The notes: a model not told the origin generated them from the sequence alone. DNA of 64,000 nt from Octopus sinensis (GCF_006345805.1 NC_043015.1:5208001-5272000); one strand, 5' to 3'. Counted from the first letter of the stretch, positions 1 to 12,978 are shown. Numbers and translations are program-made.

Positions 1-178
1 GATGAAATGTCACTTCGCTTGGCAAATTATTTTATTTGCTAAAAAACGTCTGAATCCATGGTCAAGGAAATAGATGGCAAATGTTTTTTTTTTATTCCCT
101 TCGCGATTTTATATGTATATCTATGTATGTATAATGTGTGTATGTGTATAAATTTACGTATATGTATGTCTAACTATA

Positions 179-273
<95 letters not shown>

Positions 274-307
274 GTGAAATAATATGTGACAATTATTCAA
301 TAGCCAA

Positions 308-368
308 AATAAAACTCTGAGTTTCGGATGCCGAGGTGAAAATCCACAACACCATCTCTTTGATTATC
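308..368 (-). ncRNA. Highly degenerate hammerhead-like motif in a (TA)n-adjacent repeat fragment
   Basis: Minus strand reads GAUAA UCAAAGA GAUG..CAUC C GAAAC UCAGA GUU^UUAUU. Stem I (GAUAA/UUAUU), stem II and a near-palindromic helix III are present, but the CUGANGA core is altered at 3 positions. Confidence 0.3.
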
Positions 369-432
369 TTGCCATCTGAAAAAACGCTATACATATATAT
401 ATAGCTCTAGTGAAGTATATATATATATCTAC

Positions 433-477
433 GTACCTGATGAGACCCAGAGTAATGGCTCCAAACGTACGCTGTAC
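433..477 (+). ncRNA. Degenerate minimal type I hammerhead ribozyme
   Basis: GUAC CUGAUGA GACC-CAGAGUAAU-GGCUC CAAAC GUAC GCU^GUAC. The CUGAUGA core, stem I (GUAC/GUAC) and palindromic loop GUAC are present. G12>C, U16.1>C and a stem II mismatch suggest it is inactive. Confidence 0.5.
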
Positions 478-530
478 CCAATGCATGAATAATACTGAAT
501 CCTTCTCCTGGTAATAGAATTTATATATTT

Positions 531-566
<36 letters not shown>

Positions 567-568
567 TA

Positions 569-607
<39 letters not shown>

Positions 608-1021
608 CATAGTGTGAGAGAGAGAGTGAGAAAGGGAGTGAGAGCGAGAAAGATAGACAGACAGATAGACAGATAGATGGATAGATAATGCAAGTTGTAA
701 TTTCTGTTCAAAATTGCTGCTTTGCATGTAATGGTGAAATATTTTACACGACTGTAGATAAGGTAAATGTAAGCTTAAGGCAGAGTACGCAATTAGTTGA
801 CTTCCCCTTCAACCTTTGTACTTGAATGTCTCACATTTGCAACCCTACTTCAAACTAGATTAATTGTTAAGTAGTTATTCTATTATGACTTAAATTATAC
901 GTAAGAAGTATACATTTGCAATCATATAAACGATTTCTGTTTGATATCGGATAGAAAGATCAGTACCCAGAATGAAAGAAAGGGTAACAGAATGACAGAA
1001 TAAATGTATATACGTATTTAT

Positions 1022-1088
<67 letters not shown>

Positions 1089-1489
1089 ATATATATATGC
1101 ATGTATGTATGTATATACACACACACACAGACAGACACACACATGCACGCACGGACAACTGCACATACACTTACACACACATTTGCATATATGTATATGT
1201 GTATGTATGAACAAAAACTTATTGAAGGGAATCTACTGATGAAAACAGTTCTGGAATAACTTGAACAAGAACGAAGACTGATGGAGCAAACGCCATTAGA
1301 AATAAAACGTGTAAACAAAAATGAAACAGGAAAGGAAAAAATGGATTTCAGTGACACGGCTGAATGACTACTCCTAGAGTATATTTGAAAACGAGGAAAT
1401 GAAAAGTATGTCAATGGAGAATTGAAAAACCCTTCAACACTGTGAAAGAAGCTAAATGCCTCCATCAATAAAAAACAAACTCAAATATA

Positions 1490-1775
1490 TTATATAAGAT
1501 CCGTTTTGCTGTCTGTGTATGTGTCTTCTAGGATCTCAGGCATCCTCCATCCGATTGCGCTCACATTTTATATGTAGATACCGACGGTATCAAGGAGTGT
1601 AGAAGTTTTCAAAAAATTACAAAAATCGATTCCAGGTGTGAATGCGATAGATAAAGCCATGGGAACGTGCATTTGTACGCGCAAGTATATCAGCTGTTGC
1701 GATCGATACTACGCGTACGCGAGAAAAATGCACGTACAGTTTGTGCAAAAGAAGCCGGCTGGCTTCAAATAATGC
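1490..1775 (+). mobile_element. Possible non-autonomous Helitron/Helentron-like fragment
   Basis: Starts tatataagatccgttttgctgtctgtgtatgt and ends near the short inverted motif gaagcc-ggct-ggcttc. Resemblance of termini only. Confidence 0.25.
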
Positions 1776-2669
1776 CACAAAATGGGACTGTCAGACAAGT
1801 TGTTTTGAGAAAATTTGGTTTAAATGTTTGACAACTCAGCACAGTCCATTGGACGGGGGTGTTTTGCTCGTAAGAATATAATTTCGGTGAGCCATTTTGA
1901 AGAAAGGATAAGTGAAAACGTAGTCATAAACGATTAGATATCCTTCATACGTGTTCAAATTATAAATGGTTGAAATGGGAATAATACAAAAACACGACTA
2001 AACTTATTTTTAGATAAATAGGTTGCAAAGCAGAGGCAGACATATTTGGTCATAAGATATTTACATCATAAAACAGAAATCACTTTCAATATAGAAAGCT
2101 CAAATTTTCTCCAACAACAATAAACAAAGAAACAAAGTACTTTGACAGTAAGTACATTTCTTAATTTTGGACAATATGGCACTTAAAATCTCACTAATCT
2201 CAAAATTGTAGCAACCGGCTTATATGCGATCCAGAGAGATATAACTGTTGCAACCAAATACAGTAAAAAAAAATGCCAGAAATTTAAGACATTATCATTA
2301 TAACAAATCGATACTCTAGTTAAGGGATTAAAATTTAGAAAATTTATAGCAGATGAAATTAAAACGGCTTTCGGAGTTCTGAAAAAAGTGTTACAGCACA
2401 ATGATTTCAAACAAAGAACGACGATGAATCAATTATTAAGAAGTAAAGAAAGAGTGCTTAATCCAAAGTGATGAAATTAAGAATATGGCATCATATTGTA
2501 ATTTTTTCGCACCATATCAGAATCACAGATAATTACGTCAGATTCTGCACGATAAAATGCGAAGTCTTCATATGGAATATGGTAACGTATTGAGAGTTTT
2601 AAAAATGTTCAATGTGTTGAGAGATAGGGAATTCCATGGTAGAAGACGATTTTCTTCTTTCAATCAGTA

Positions 2670-2860
2670 GACTGCTATGATGCTGGGCTGCTGTCTTAGA
2701 TTATCTTTAGTCAAATGAAACGACATCAGTACTTATCTGTGTATTTCTAAACCCGTTATATATTCTATACCTCTCTTAGACGACCCGCTAACTTAGGTAG
2801 GAAAACACGCCAGCATCAGTTGTATAGCGGTCAAGTGGTGTTGTGGAAACACACACACAT
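2670..2860 (+). mobile_element. SINE-like interspersed repeat fragment (family C)
   Basis: Similar to 41795-42030 (gctaa..g..gggga..aaacac.ccagcatc.gttgt). Confidence 0.5.
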
Positions 2861-3379
2861 AACTGTATACACAATATATATATATCATTTATATGTGAGT
2901 GTGTATGTATATATACATATATATATATATTATAATAAATTAGAGATAAAACCACTATTAGGCAAATCAAACAATGAGAAACATAAGCCAATACATAAAA
3001 TTAATTTAATTTATATTATTTTAAATATATATCAAAAGTATTAAAAGTTTAATAAAAGATAAAGAGTAAAATATATATATAGAGAGAGAGAAAGATAGAG
3101 AGAGAGAGAGAGGGAAATAGATAAATAGTTAGATACATAGATAGATGGATATGCAAACATACATATAGATTTATATATATATGAGAGAGAGTACTGAAGG
3201 GTTGCTGGTTTTAACGGTATCACAAAAGTTGCAGCTGGAGTTTCAAGCTTTCGAGTTCCATTACACAGCTTAGAAAACCTGAATGACCGCTGCAATTCGT
3301 GTGTGAATCCGAGAGTGGAATATAATGAAGAAAATTATAATTAACTGATCCTGACGAATTTTGTTTTACTTAAAGCACC

Positions 3380-3515
3380 CCTCCTATACGACAGGCGTCA
3401 TTTCAGTTTCCCTCTACCACATCCACTTACGCGTCTTTGGATATCTCGAAGCTATAAAAAAAAGCACTTGCTCACTTTGCCACGAGTAGGACTAAATCCG
3501 GAACCTAGCTGCGAA
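3380..3515 (-). mobile_element. tRNA-headed SINE fragment (family C head)
   Basis: Similar to 28140-28295, 42070-42210 and 56095-56262 (ttcagtttcc.tctacca.atccact.ac...gggact.aacc.g.aacc). Confidence 0.55.
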
Positions 3516-3910
3516 AGTGGGAAAATCTGAAATATAAAATATAAAACATAAAACCAATTCAAACTTACATTTAAAATACATAACATCAAAATCTATATAT
3601 CAAAAGTGATTGCACGAGAAAGAAAAGTGATGATTCGACTAATAATAAAGGTTAATGTAATCATTTACGTTATTTACAAAAACCATCAAAGGTGGAACGT
3701 GCAAAGAATGCTCTATTTTATGCTGTTAAATTTTATCAGCAAATGATTTAATTTTAAGGGTGATCAAAGCTGACTCAATATTTTATCCTCCCCAGTTTAA
3801 AACATTCTCAGATTTACTATTAGGGTATTATTTACTTAGTCATTTACCGTTCGGAAAAAGGTATTACATATATTTTGCCTACTCATGTATGTACGTTGTT
3901 TATTCTTGTC

Positions 3911-3950
<40 letters not shown>

Positions 3951-4096
3951 AAAGCAATAAAGATTCAAGTTAATTTAAATGAATTTACTTGAATATGGTA
4001 CCTAACTTAGAAGACCCAAAAAAAACTATACTGTTTTAACAATACAGTAATGTGGGGGGATTATAAGCGAGAAAGAAGCAACAAGAATGGATAGGT

Positions 4097-4187
4097 TTTT
4101 AGTACAATCGTTTCATACAAGGACAGGCTTTATTAAAAGTTGTAAAAATTACAGCATATAAACGTGTCCCGTACTCATCAGCTAAAA
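4097..4187 (-). ncRNA. Type I hammerhead ribozyme (intact)
   Basis: Mirror copy of 5204-5293: UUUUAG CUGAUGA GUACGGGACA..UGUCCUUGUAU GAAAC GAUU GUA^CUAAAA. Confidence 0.85.
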
Positions 4188-5203
4188 TACATGTGAGTTC
4201 TCTAGACATCCTAGTGGTTGAGGCTATACTCATGAAGTAATGTAGATAATTAAGTAACATAAACAGATTTCCAAAGTTCATTAAAGTTCTTTAAAGATGA
4301 TGTACAATCTTATCACAGAATTTAAAAAAAGTTCTAATAGCATCACAGAGAAGGTGACCTAATCCACAGAGCACATATGAATTTCCAGAGATATGATGAG
4401 GGATTACATACTCACAGAAGACAAATTTATCCATTGTTAATCACAACGAGGTGGGTCTCAATTCCTGCTTATTAGCATTACAGAGAGGGCGAATTAATCC
4501 TTTGTATAGATGCACAATTTCCAATGGTGTAGATGTAAGTTTCCAGAGAAATGAAGAGGAATTTCAAATTCACAGGCGATAAATTTATCAATGGTTGAAC
4601 ACAATGAGGTAGGTATAATTCTGTTATATGATTAGGTATTTGCACATTATCACATTACTGCTATTTACAAGAGGCTGTAGCTATTTTAGCTGTATTTAGA
4701 GGCTGTAACTAAATAGCTACAGCCTCTTGTAAATAGCAGTAATGGATTAATGTGGCAAATACCTAATCATATAACAAGAATTGATACCTACCTCATTGTG
4801 TTCAACCATTGATAAATTTATCGCCTGTGAATATGAAATTCCTCTTCATTTCTCTGGAAACTTAATCTACACCATTGGAAATTGTGCATCTATACAAAGG
4901 ATTAATTCACCTCTCTGTAATGCTAATAAGCAGGAATTGAGACCCACCTCGTTGTAATTAACAATGGATAAATTGTCTTCTGTGAGTATGTAATCCCCAT
5001 CATATCTCTGGAAATTCATATGTGCTCTGTGGATTAGGTCACTTCTCTGTGATGCTATTAGAACTTTTTTAAAATCCTGTGATAAGACTGTACATCATCT
5101 TTAAGAACTTTAATGAACTTGGAAATCTGTTTATGTACTTAATTATCTACATTACTTCATGAGTATAGCCTCAACCACTAGGATGTCTAGAAACTCACAT
5201 GTA

Positions 5204-5293
5204 TTTTAGCTGATGAGTACGGGACACGTTTATATGCTGTAATTTTTACAACTTTTAATAAAGCCTGTCTTGTATGAAACGATTGTACTAAAA
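5204..5293 (+). ncRNA. Type I hammerhead ribozyme (intact)
   Basis: Stem I UUUUAG/CUAAAA (6 bp), core CUGAUGA, stem II GUACGGGACA/UGUCUUGUAU (10 bp with G-U pairs), GAAA, helix III AC-GAUU-GU (self-complementary with wobbles). Predicted GUA^ cleavage after 5287. Confidence 0.88.
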
Positions 5294-5321
5294 ACCTATC
5301 CATTCTTGTTGCTTCTTCTCG

Positions 5322-5364
<43 letters not shown>

Positions 5365-8300
5365 GTGTGTGTGTGTGTGTGTGGTGTGTGTGTGTGTGTG
5401 TGTGTGCATGTGTGTACATAAGGGTGTGTGCGTGTATGTGTGATGTTTGTGTAGGTGCGAGTGGGTGTGGGTCTGAGAAAACCTGTTTGGAAAATTCTGT
5501 TGAGAATGGCCAGAAATCGTATAATCCAAAGTAATATGTCTAAACAGTATTCTCAAAAAATAGTTATTTCAAGTTCGATAAAAAAAAAACTGTTAATAAT
5601 TTGAAAGGAAAAAACTATGCCTAGTCTGCAAAAAATAATTTTAAACCATTAAATAATTCGAAAGTATGAAATGCTCTTACTTTTCTTTTCTTGTCAGTAT
5701 ATGAATGAGAACTTGAAAATAATTCTAAACGTCCGTTTTCTTCCTTAGATTGAGCGTATAGCAAAATCAAATGTATAGAAAATTGTAAATACAATATATA
5801 ATAATATTCAATTAACTCAGAACACTGCCAAGACAGATTGCCATTTATTTTAGAGATGATTGTACGTAACTATAGATACAAACTTTATTTCAACTCAGCC
5901 GAAATACACGAATCGAATTATTCCATTTAATTTAGCAAACATAGTTATAAAAAATCGTGCCTCATAAAAAATCGTAATATAAGTGTGTAAGAAACGGAAG
6001 GTATACTTGTTGGTTGAAAATAGATACCATCGGTGAAAGATGGTGTAATATATCAAGGCAAAGAAGAAAAACTGATTTTGAAATATTAGGAGCAACTAAT
6101 ATTCTTTATACCGAAATCCGAAATATCTTCTGGAAACAATGAAACATTAATTTTTTCAAATGCACCACTACCGAAAAATAACGCCAGGATTAATTTGATT
6201 GTATAAGCATAAACCGCTGTGGAAAGGAAAAAGAAGTGAGTATAAAACATTTAGGAATATATTAATACATGCTGAAAGTCGTATAACAGAAGTTAGCATG
6301 GAATTTGTTTTAATTTGTAGGAGTGACATTTTAAGCAATTAGAATATTTCAAAGTAAGAATGACATTTACGAAAGCCTAGAGAAGCGAACACACACTCAC
6401 ACTCACACACACACACACGCATACACACAAACACACACACGCACACACACACACACACAAGCACACACACTGTCATGCGTTGTTCACAACTTTGACCCAC
6501 CATAAATCCTAAATCTTATTTTAGAATTTATGGGAGCATCTGTCTTTAAAGTCACATATTGTGGTTGAATGCTCGAAATGAGGAGTAGACAGACGGCAAC
6601 TAAGGAAAGGTTTCTTTCTTTGTGTTTACTTGTCCTCTTTTCCATTTTTCCCGTTGTTTACGTATTTCATGATATTTGGACCGTTAGTGACGTCCTCCAC
6701 ATATATATGCTTGTGTACACACTCACACATAGATTAAATATTATATTCATTATATATTATTTATGATTTAATTGAACGCGACGTATCCATTTCCAAGTGA
6801 GTACTTATATAAATATGTGTGCGTGCATGTGTGCGTGTGTGTATGTGTGCGCGTGTACATACAGTAATTCTACGACTATCGCGTGCGTTGCTTTCCAAAA
6901 CACTCCGCGAAGTAGAAACAGTATTCTACTGTATATATCTTTTTTATTATTTCTATTATTTCCATATATCTATTTTATTATAAATTGCAAAGAACTCCAC
7001 AGAGGGATCCACGTAAGCTTAAATAATAAACGGCGATAGGTAAACCGGCATATGACGAGGGACTAACTTGATATTCACACCTTGTTATAAATGGTATTAT
7101 TCACTGACATTCACCGTTTGGAAAAAATTATGTATAGTTTTTTTTATATTCATGTGTGTGCGTATATATATAAATATGTGCATGTGTGTGGGTGAGTGTG
7201 TCTGTTTGTGTTTGTTTATGTTTGTATATGTGTATACATTGACGTATGCATGTCGTTATTTACATAGTTATATATGCGTATATGCAAGATTGTTCTACAT
7301 TATAAATTCCTTAGCTACTTATAAAATATTCAGGTATTTATGCCACAAAAAATAGATATTTTCCCTTAAAAACTTTTTATAGATTGCGCTACTCTTGCTC
7401 CCTCGATATAATTAAATGCAAAAAATTATTAACTTATTAATTTTCAAATTATGCCATTAATATTTTTTCCAGTTATTGGGCTTGTAATTAAGACATATTT
7501 TCTTATATAAAAATTTGGATAAAATGAGGATAAATGAAAGTATTTTAAATATTTTTTCTAAGATGTTCTACACCTAATTTTGTGATGCTCTAAGTTTAAG
7601 AAAAATAAAAAAAAGATCATGGTTGAGAAAAATAAGGAAAATACAATGTAGAATGAATGCAAAGCAGATAAGAGGAAAGGACCAATAGAATTGCTATTAA
7701 ATGACGAAGAGAAAGGTTTATAGAGAAAAGGACAGAATAAAATTAGCAAGTAATTGATTAGATAAGTTTCTTGGGGCATATATCAAATGAGATGGCGAAA
7801 AGGTAAAAAGATAATGAAATAAAGAAAAAATAGTAGATATGAATGAAGAAGGTGAGTGAATTGCTTCCACAAAATATCTAGAGAGACAGTGAGAACGATA
7901 GAGATCAAAGGGTCACGTTTTTCATTGCAATGTCTCCTGGCTAATTCATCATCGAGTAATAGGAAAGCTAAATGTATTGTTTAGACAATAGTTGTAGATG
8001 CCGATAAATGAAGATATCTAGTTTACGTATTTATACATGTTGTGTATATTAATGAGTTTAAGTCAATAGAAAGATTGATAGAATTTTAAAGGAGAGGAAA
8101 AACAATTGCAAAAACAAAAGAGCGACGGTAGATAACATATGATATAATTCTACAAATGGAAAACAACAAAAGCACGAATAGTTTATATCGAATGTAGGAT
8201 CATACTGATTGAATAGGAAAACGTGTACGTGCGGAGATGAAGCTTATGATAAAAAAACGTTTTTATATTCCAATGTATTTAAAACTAATGAGAAAAAATT

Positions 8301-8956
8301 ACAAAGCATTTCAATTGAAAATCGGCAGAAGTTTCTAGTTTCAATTGTGAAATGCATTTCGTGAAGAATTTAATTATTTTCGTGGGAGAAAATATTAATT
8401 CTACATTTAAAAAAAAATGTCAAATAGGTAATAAGTATACGAAAGTTTTGTTTCTTCACACACGCTCGCGAGTGCAAACACACCTTCACCCACACAGATA
8501 AACTTACAGAAACTCACGCATATAATTATATCTATCATGATAGCGAAACACTCTACACGTGTTTCCATTATTATGTGTCATCACAAAAACCATTTAGGAA
8601 ACACAGAAAATGATTAAATTGTTCATGGCGAAGCCTCATGTTACGGAATTAAGTACAATGTTTATTTCTTTTCATTTGTCAAGCTCGTAATCATCGATCG
8701 TCTTGCTAATTTGAGAACACATAATTTTGTGGTAGAAGGGTTTGACGTCTATGTTTAGCATACAAGGGATACACTTAGTGGTCTCTCCTCTTACTTATAT
8801 TTTAATATAATTCATAGTCCTTGGACGTTTTTCACGTATGCTGACCACTGGTTGAAATTAATATTATTTAATGATATTAATTTCTCCCCTTATTACATAA
8901 TTTTTAATATATATGTTCTCTAGCCAGTTCATTCATCGCTGAATTTTCATTGCAGT

Positions 8957-9341
8957 AGTGGAGGCGCAATGGCCCAGTGGTTAGGGCAGCGGACTCGCGG
9001 TCATTGGATCGCGGTTTCGATTCCCAGACCGGGCGTTGTGAGTGTTTATTGAGCGAAAACACCTAAAGCTCCACGAGGCTCCAGCAGGGGTTGGTGGTGA
9101 TCCATGCTGTATTCTTTCACCACAACTTTCTCTCACTCTTACTTCCTGTTTCTGTTGTACCTGTATTTCAAAGGGCCGGCCTTGTCACTCTCTGTGTCAC
9201 GCTGAATATCCCCGAGAACTACGTTAAGAGTACACGTGTCTGTGGAGTGCTCAGCCACTTACACGTTAATTTCACGAGCAGGCTGTTCCGTTGATTCGGA
9301 TCAACTGGAACCCTCATCGTCGTAACCGACGGAGTGCTTCC
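8957..9341 (+). mobile_element. tRNA-derived SINE (family A) with 11-bp target-site duplication
   Basis: tRNA-like head with A box (tggcccagtgg) and B box (ggtttcgattccc). The TSD ttcattgcagt is at 8946-8956 and 9342-9352. Confidence 0.85.
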
Positions 9342-9931
9342 TTCATTGCAGTTATTTTCTGGATTAGCGTGCTAGTACGATAGCAGTTGAGTCGAAGGTA
9401 CGATACATGACAGGGGAATACTATAGACGTGTTTCTTCTCATTAGAGACTGATGGTGTCCAGTTCCATTGTTATATGTTAGCAACGATTTCACTGAGGAG
9501 CAGCAGACAATCATTAAAGTCCTTATGGCGAAACCTTAAATTATAGAATTAAGTGCTGTTTGTTTCTTTTTATTTGTCTAGTTCGTAAACATCTGGCATC
9601 TTCCTAAAAACTAAGTTCACATATTTCGTGGTAGAACAGTTTAACGTCTATTTTTAGCATACAAGTGATCCATTTATATGTCTTTCCTCTTATATATATG
9701 GATAGATTCCTTCAATGAATACCAGATAAGCTACCCATAATTGGATACAACTCACCCAACAAGAACTCACTACTTGAACAAAACTTGTTAAAAACTTGAC
9801 TTAAACAAAACTTGACTTAAACAGGATTCGAATAATCCTATCAGGTGGTGTTATTAAGTTAGACTTGGCCTGGACCAATCTTTTGTCGAAGCATATCTAA
9901 GTTTATCTAAGTTTATATATATATATATATA

Positions 9932-10199
9932 CAAAAATAGGACAAGAATGCAAAACATCCAAACACTTAAGTGAAACATGAAAAAGGGGAAAGCAAAAAA
10001 AAAAAACAGATAGACGATACAAAGAAAACGATGACGGGCCATTCGGAGTTTTCTTTCCTCAGTCCAGTTCTAGATTATCTTTGCGATTTCGGCTGGTTAT
10101 ACTCAACATTACTCCAATCTGGAACTCGACTGAGGAACGAAAGCTCGTATCGTGTGTCTGTCTGGATGTTTTGCGTTCTTGTCCCATGTTTGTATTTTT
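9932..10199. mobile_element. Head-to-head pair of fragments of the 55108-56067 repeat family between TA tracts
   Basis: Minus arm 9932-10099 (taaccagccgaaatcgcaaagataatctagaactggactgagg...ggatgttttgcattcttgtcc) and plus arm 10116-10199 (aatctggaactcgactgagg...ggatgttttgcgttcttgtcc). Confidence 0.6.
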
Positions 10200-10616
10200 A
10201 TATATAACGAATATAGTAGCGTACGTACAATTTGGTCTCATATATATATTAAGGGCAAAAGTTATTAAGAACAGTAACTTACACCGCTGTCCCCCATGCA
10301 CAAAAAAATAATTGTCCGTTGACTGTAAACTATTTTTATATATGGGTTTAACAAAATGTAATCATACGTTAGGAGGTAAAAGCACTACGCTGCTGCCATG
10401 CACTGCTGAAAGAAGATGTCAGATTTTCAAACCACGAAAAATATGCTCTCATACATAGTATGCTGGGTGTAAACAGGCCAGGCAATATGAAAAAAAAAAC
10501 CTTGAAGAACCTCGAGGTTTAACCATTAATAGTTAAACAATGTTGGATCTTCAGTAGAACCTGCCGGAGACGTATAATTACAAATTTCAAATACATACCA
10601 TGTTCCAAAAGGATGC

Positions 10617-11062
10617 ACTTGCATATAGAGTTCTATCGTTATACACATGAATTCAATTGAAATGTCTTCGAACAACGCGCCAGTCCAGAATAAATCAGCT
10701 GTGAATTTTTGACCGAAGGACTAAAATATTTGAATATATTCATATTAAGGGTAAAAGTTATACCGGAAGCCAGCAAGCTTAAACATTGCCCATAGACTTT
10801 AAATCGTTTTACATATGCGTGTATAACCATAGGTAATTATACACTAAGTGGAGAACCATCATTTTTTATGCATGCTGGCCACTGGTATAAATTAGTATTT
10901 TTAATGAATTTATCCTTAATAAGAATATATTTAAATATTTTTGTTCCTGAGTCAAGTAATTCACTTCTGAACTATAATTCACTGCTGATTTATTCAGGAC
11001 TGTCGCATTGTTTGAAGATGTTTCAATTGAATTCATGGTGTATGATAGAACTCTTTATGCAC
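10617..11062. repeat. Old diverged inverted repeat
   Basis: 10617-10778 is the approximate reverse complement of 10872-11062 (gcatatagagttctatcg / gatagaactctttatgc; gtccagaataaatcagc / gctgatttattcaggac). Confidence 0.7.
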
Positions 11063-12313
11063 GTGTGTCCTTTGGTAATATGGTAGGAATTTGAGTTTCG
11101 TAATAGTGAATTGTTGAGCTTTTGAAATAACTGGTGTTTAGGTATTTTTTTCATATTGTCTTCCCCGCTTTACATCTAACGTGAGAACGAATTTTTCATG
11201 GTTTTAAGATTTGACATCTTCTTTTCCGCGGTGCAACGAAGTCACTTAGTGGTTTTCCTCTTAGTGTGTAATTACCTATGATTATGAACTCACACATACA
11301 TACACACACACATATTATATCTATAAACTGAGATGCCTCATAGAATTTCATATGATGCTATCAGATCAGTTGCTGGGTAACAGAAAAGAATTTAGCGTGA
11401 GGAACGAACAATAATCTTTTACCGAAATATTATTCTCGTCGAAACGGTATGAAACGAAATCTGAAATTTCAATAAACTTAAGTAAACGAGGGACAAAAAC
11501 TAAATACGAAAACAATAAACCATTGCAAATGGAAAACACATTGTAGGCATGCGAAATCACACAAATTCAGTTAATTTCCTTCAAATTTTTTTTATTTGAT
11601 TCTAAAAGTTTTATCGCACGATTTGCAGCTACGTCACTGACATGAATGAGCTCACTGCAATGAAATCATGACTTTCTATGTTTGTGAAAAGCTACGATGT
11701 GTCTTTCACGCTGCAATCATTTTAGTTTCAACACACGGTCTGAGATCTAATAACTTGCCTGAAATATACAAACACCAATAACGATAAACTAAGTATGAAA
11801 TTCAAAAATATAAATCTTACTTGTAGTACAAGTAAAATCCGATAAGAAAGAAATGGCAGACACCAATTCCAGACTAAATTCCCATAAAAGAATATATACG
11901 AAGAATGGTAGAATTTACTAGAGTTTTCTGGAAGATAACTATAAAAGTTCACATTATATTTAAACTTTAATGCTAAAGGTTAAGGGTTTAGGATTTTGAA
12001 GTATAGTACCGTCTGCAAAGAAATAATTTTATATGTTACATGTGCATTTATATCTATCGATCTAACTAAATGTCTATCTGAAAATCGCAGATGTGTGAAA
12101 CTCAAGCCGCGAGAAATGCTCTCAGATTCAGCTTTAACACACACATATTTAACATTGTAAAATTGTCCAGTTTTACACAAATACAAACCAACATAGTCTG
12201 GGCTTCAGAAATTATGCCAATAATCAAAACTTTTAATTCCAATACTCTGTATTGAAATTGACCTCTGATATGCTGCAGATTTTAAATATTTATTTTTAGT
12301 GTAAGGAGATCTG

Positions 12314-12428
12314 GTTCGAAATTTCCCCCAAACAACGGATGAAGGTTGGCGGTATATCAACCGAAGCGTTCTATTAACAACAAACAAGAGGAGAACAAAT
12401 ATCCGTCAATTGTAAATAATGTAAATAA
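12314..12428 (+). mobile_element. PLE-pLTR-like fragment with degenerate hammerhead (same family as the 32978-33178 insert)
   Basis: CGGAUGA A GGUUG-GCGGUAUAU-CAACC GAAGC GUU followed by the family tail caaacaag..gacaaatatccgtc..tgtaaataatgtaaataa. Confidence 0.6.
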
Positions 12429-12671
12429 AACTAATAATTGACAACATTTCCTGCAGAATCTTTTTAACATTAAGGATTATGAAGAGATACGCTATTTTGG
12501 AATCATATTTACTGTAACGCGATAACGACATATCACTGGACATGGAAAATCTCAATGATACATTGAACAGTTATTGATGTTACTTTTTCCCAAATTTATT
12601 TTTGACAGTGTTTTCAACAGGTGTGCTTTTATAGCAATATTCATTGATTTCCTTCTGGATATACAAATACA

Positions 12672-12978
12672 TGGAGGCGCAATGGCCCAGTGATTAGGGC
12701 AACGGACTCGCGTTCGAAGGATCACGGTTCCGATACCCAGACCGGGCGTTGTGTATATGTTTTGAGCGAAAACACCTAAAGCTCCACGAGGCTTCGGCAG
12801 AAGATGGTGGCGACACCTGTTGTACTCTTACGCCCCAACTTTCTCTCACTCCCTTTTTCTGTTTCTTGAATAACGCTGTGATGGACTGGCATCCCGTCCA
12901 GTTGGGGGGAACACATACGTCACGGAAACCGGGAAACCGGGCCCATGAGCCTGGATAAGCTTGAAAAGGTCGCATAAA
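12672..12978 (+). mobile_element. tRNA-derived SINE (family A)
   Basis: The head ggaggcgcaatggcccagtg.ttagggca.cggactcgcg matches 8957 and 47161. Confidence 0.85.

Larger units (their letters stand above)
3950..5322. mobile_element. Head-to-head foldback element with a hammerhead at each outer end, flanked by (TA)n
   Basis: Arms 4067-4689 and 4709-5322 are reverse complements (e.g. gcgagaaagaagcaacaagaatggatagg vs cctatccattcttgttgcttcttctcgc) around a 19-nt spacer. (TA)n lies at ~3925-3948 and from 5324. The left arm is presumed to extend ~115 bp further, to the left (TA)n. Confidence 0.8.

Noticed and set aside
58-1468. IY/TH/CV-repeat ORFs here and throughout the window
   Set aside because: Translation products of dinucleotide microsatellites.
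2180-2500. A-rich coding-like relic (..KFRKFIADEIKTAFGVLKKVLQHNDF..)
   Set aside because: Interrupted by stops with no identifiable motif; cannot be assigned.
8957-9030. tRNA genes at SINE heads (also 12672, 47161 and others)
   Set aside because: A and B boxes are present, but there is no complete cloverleaf and each continues into a SINE body.
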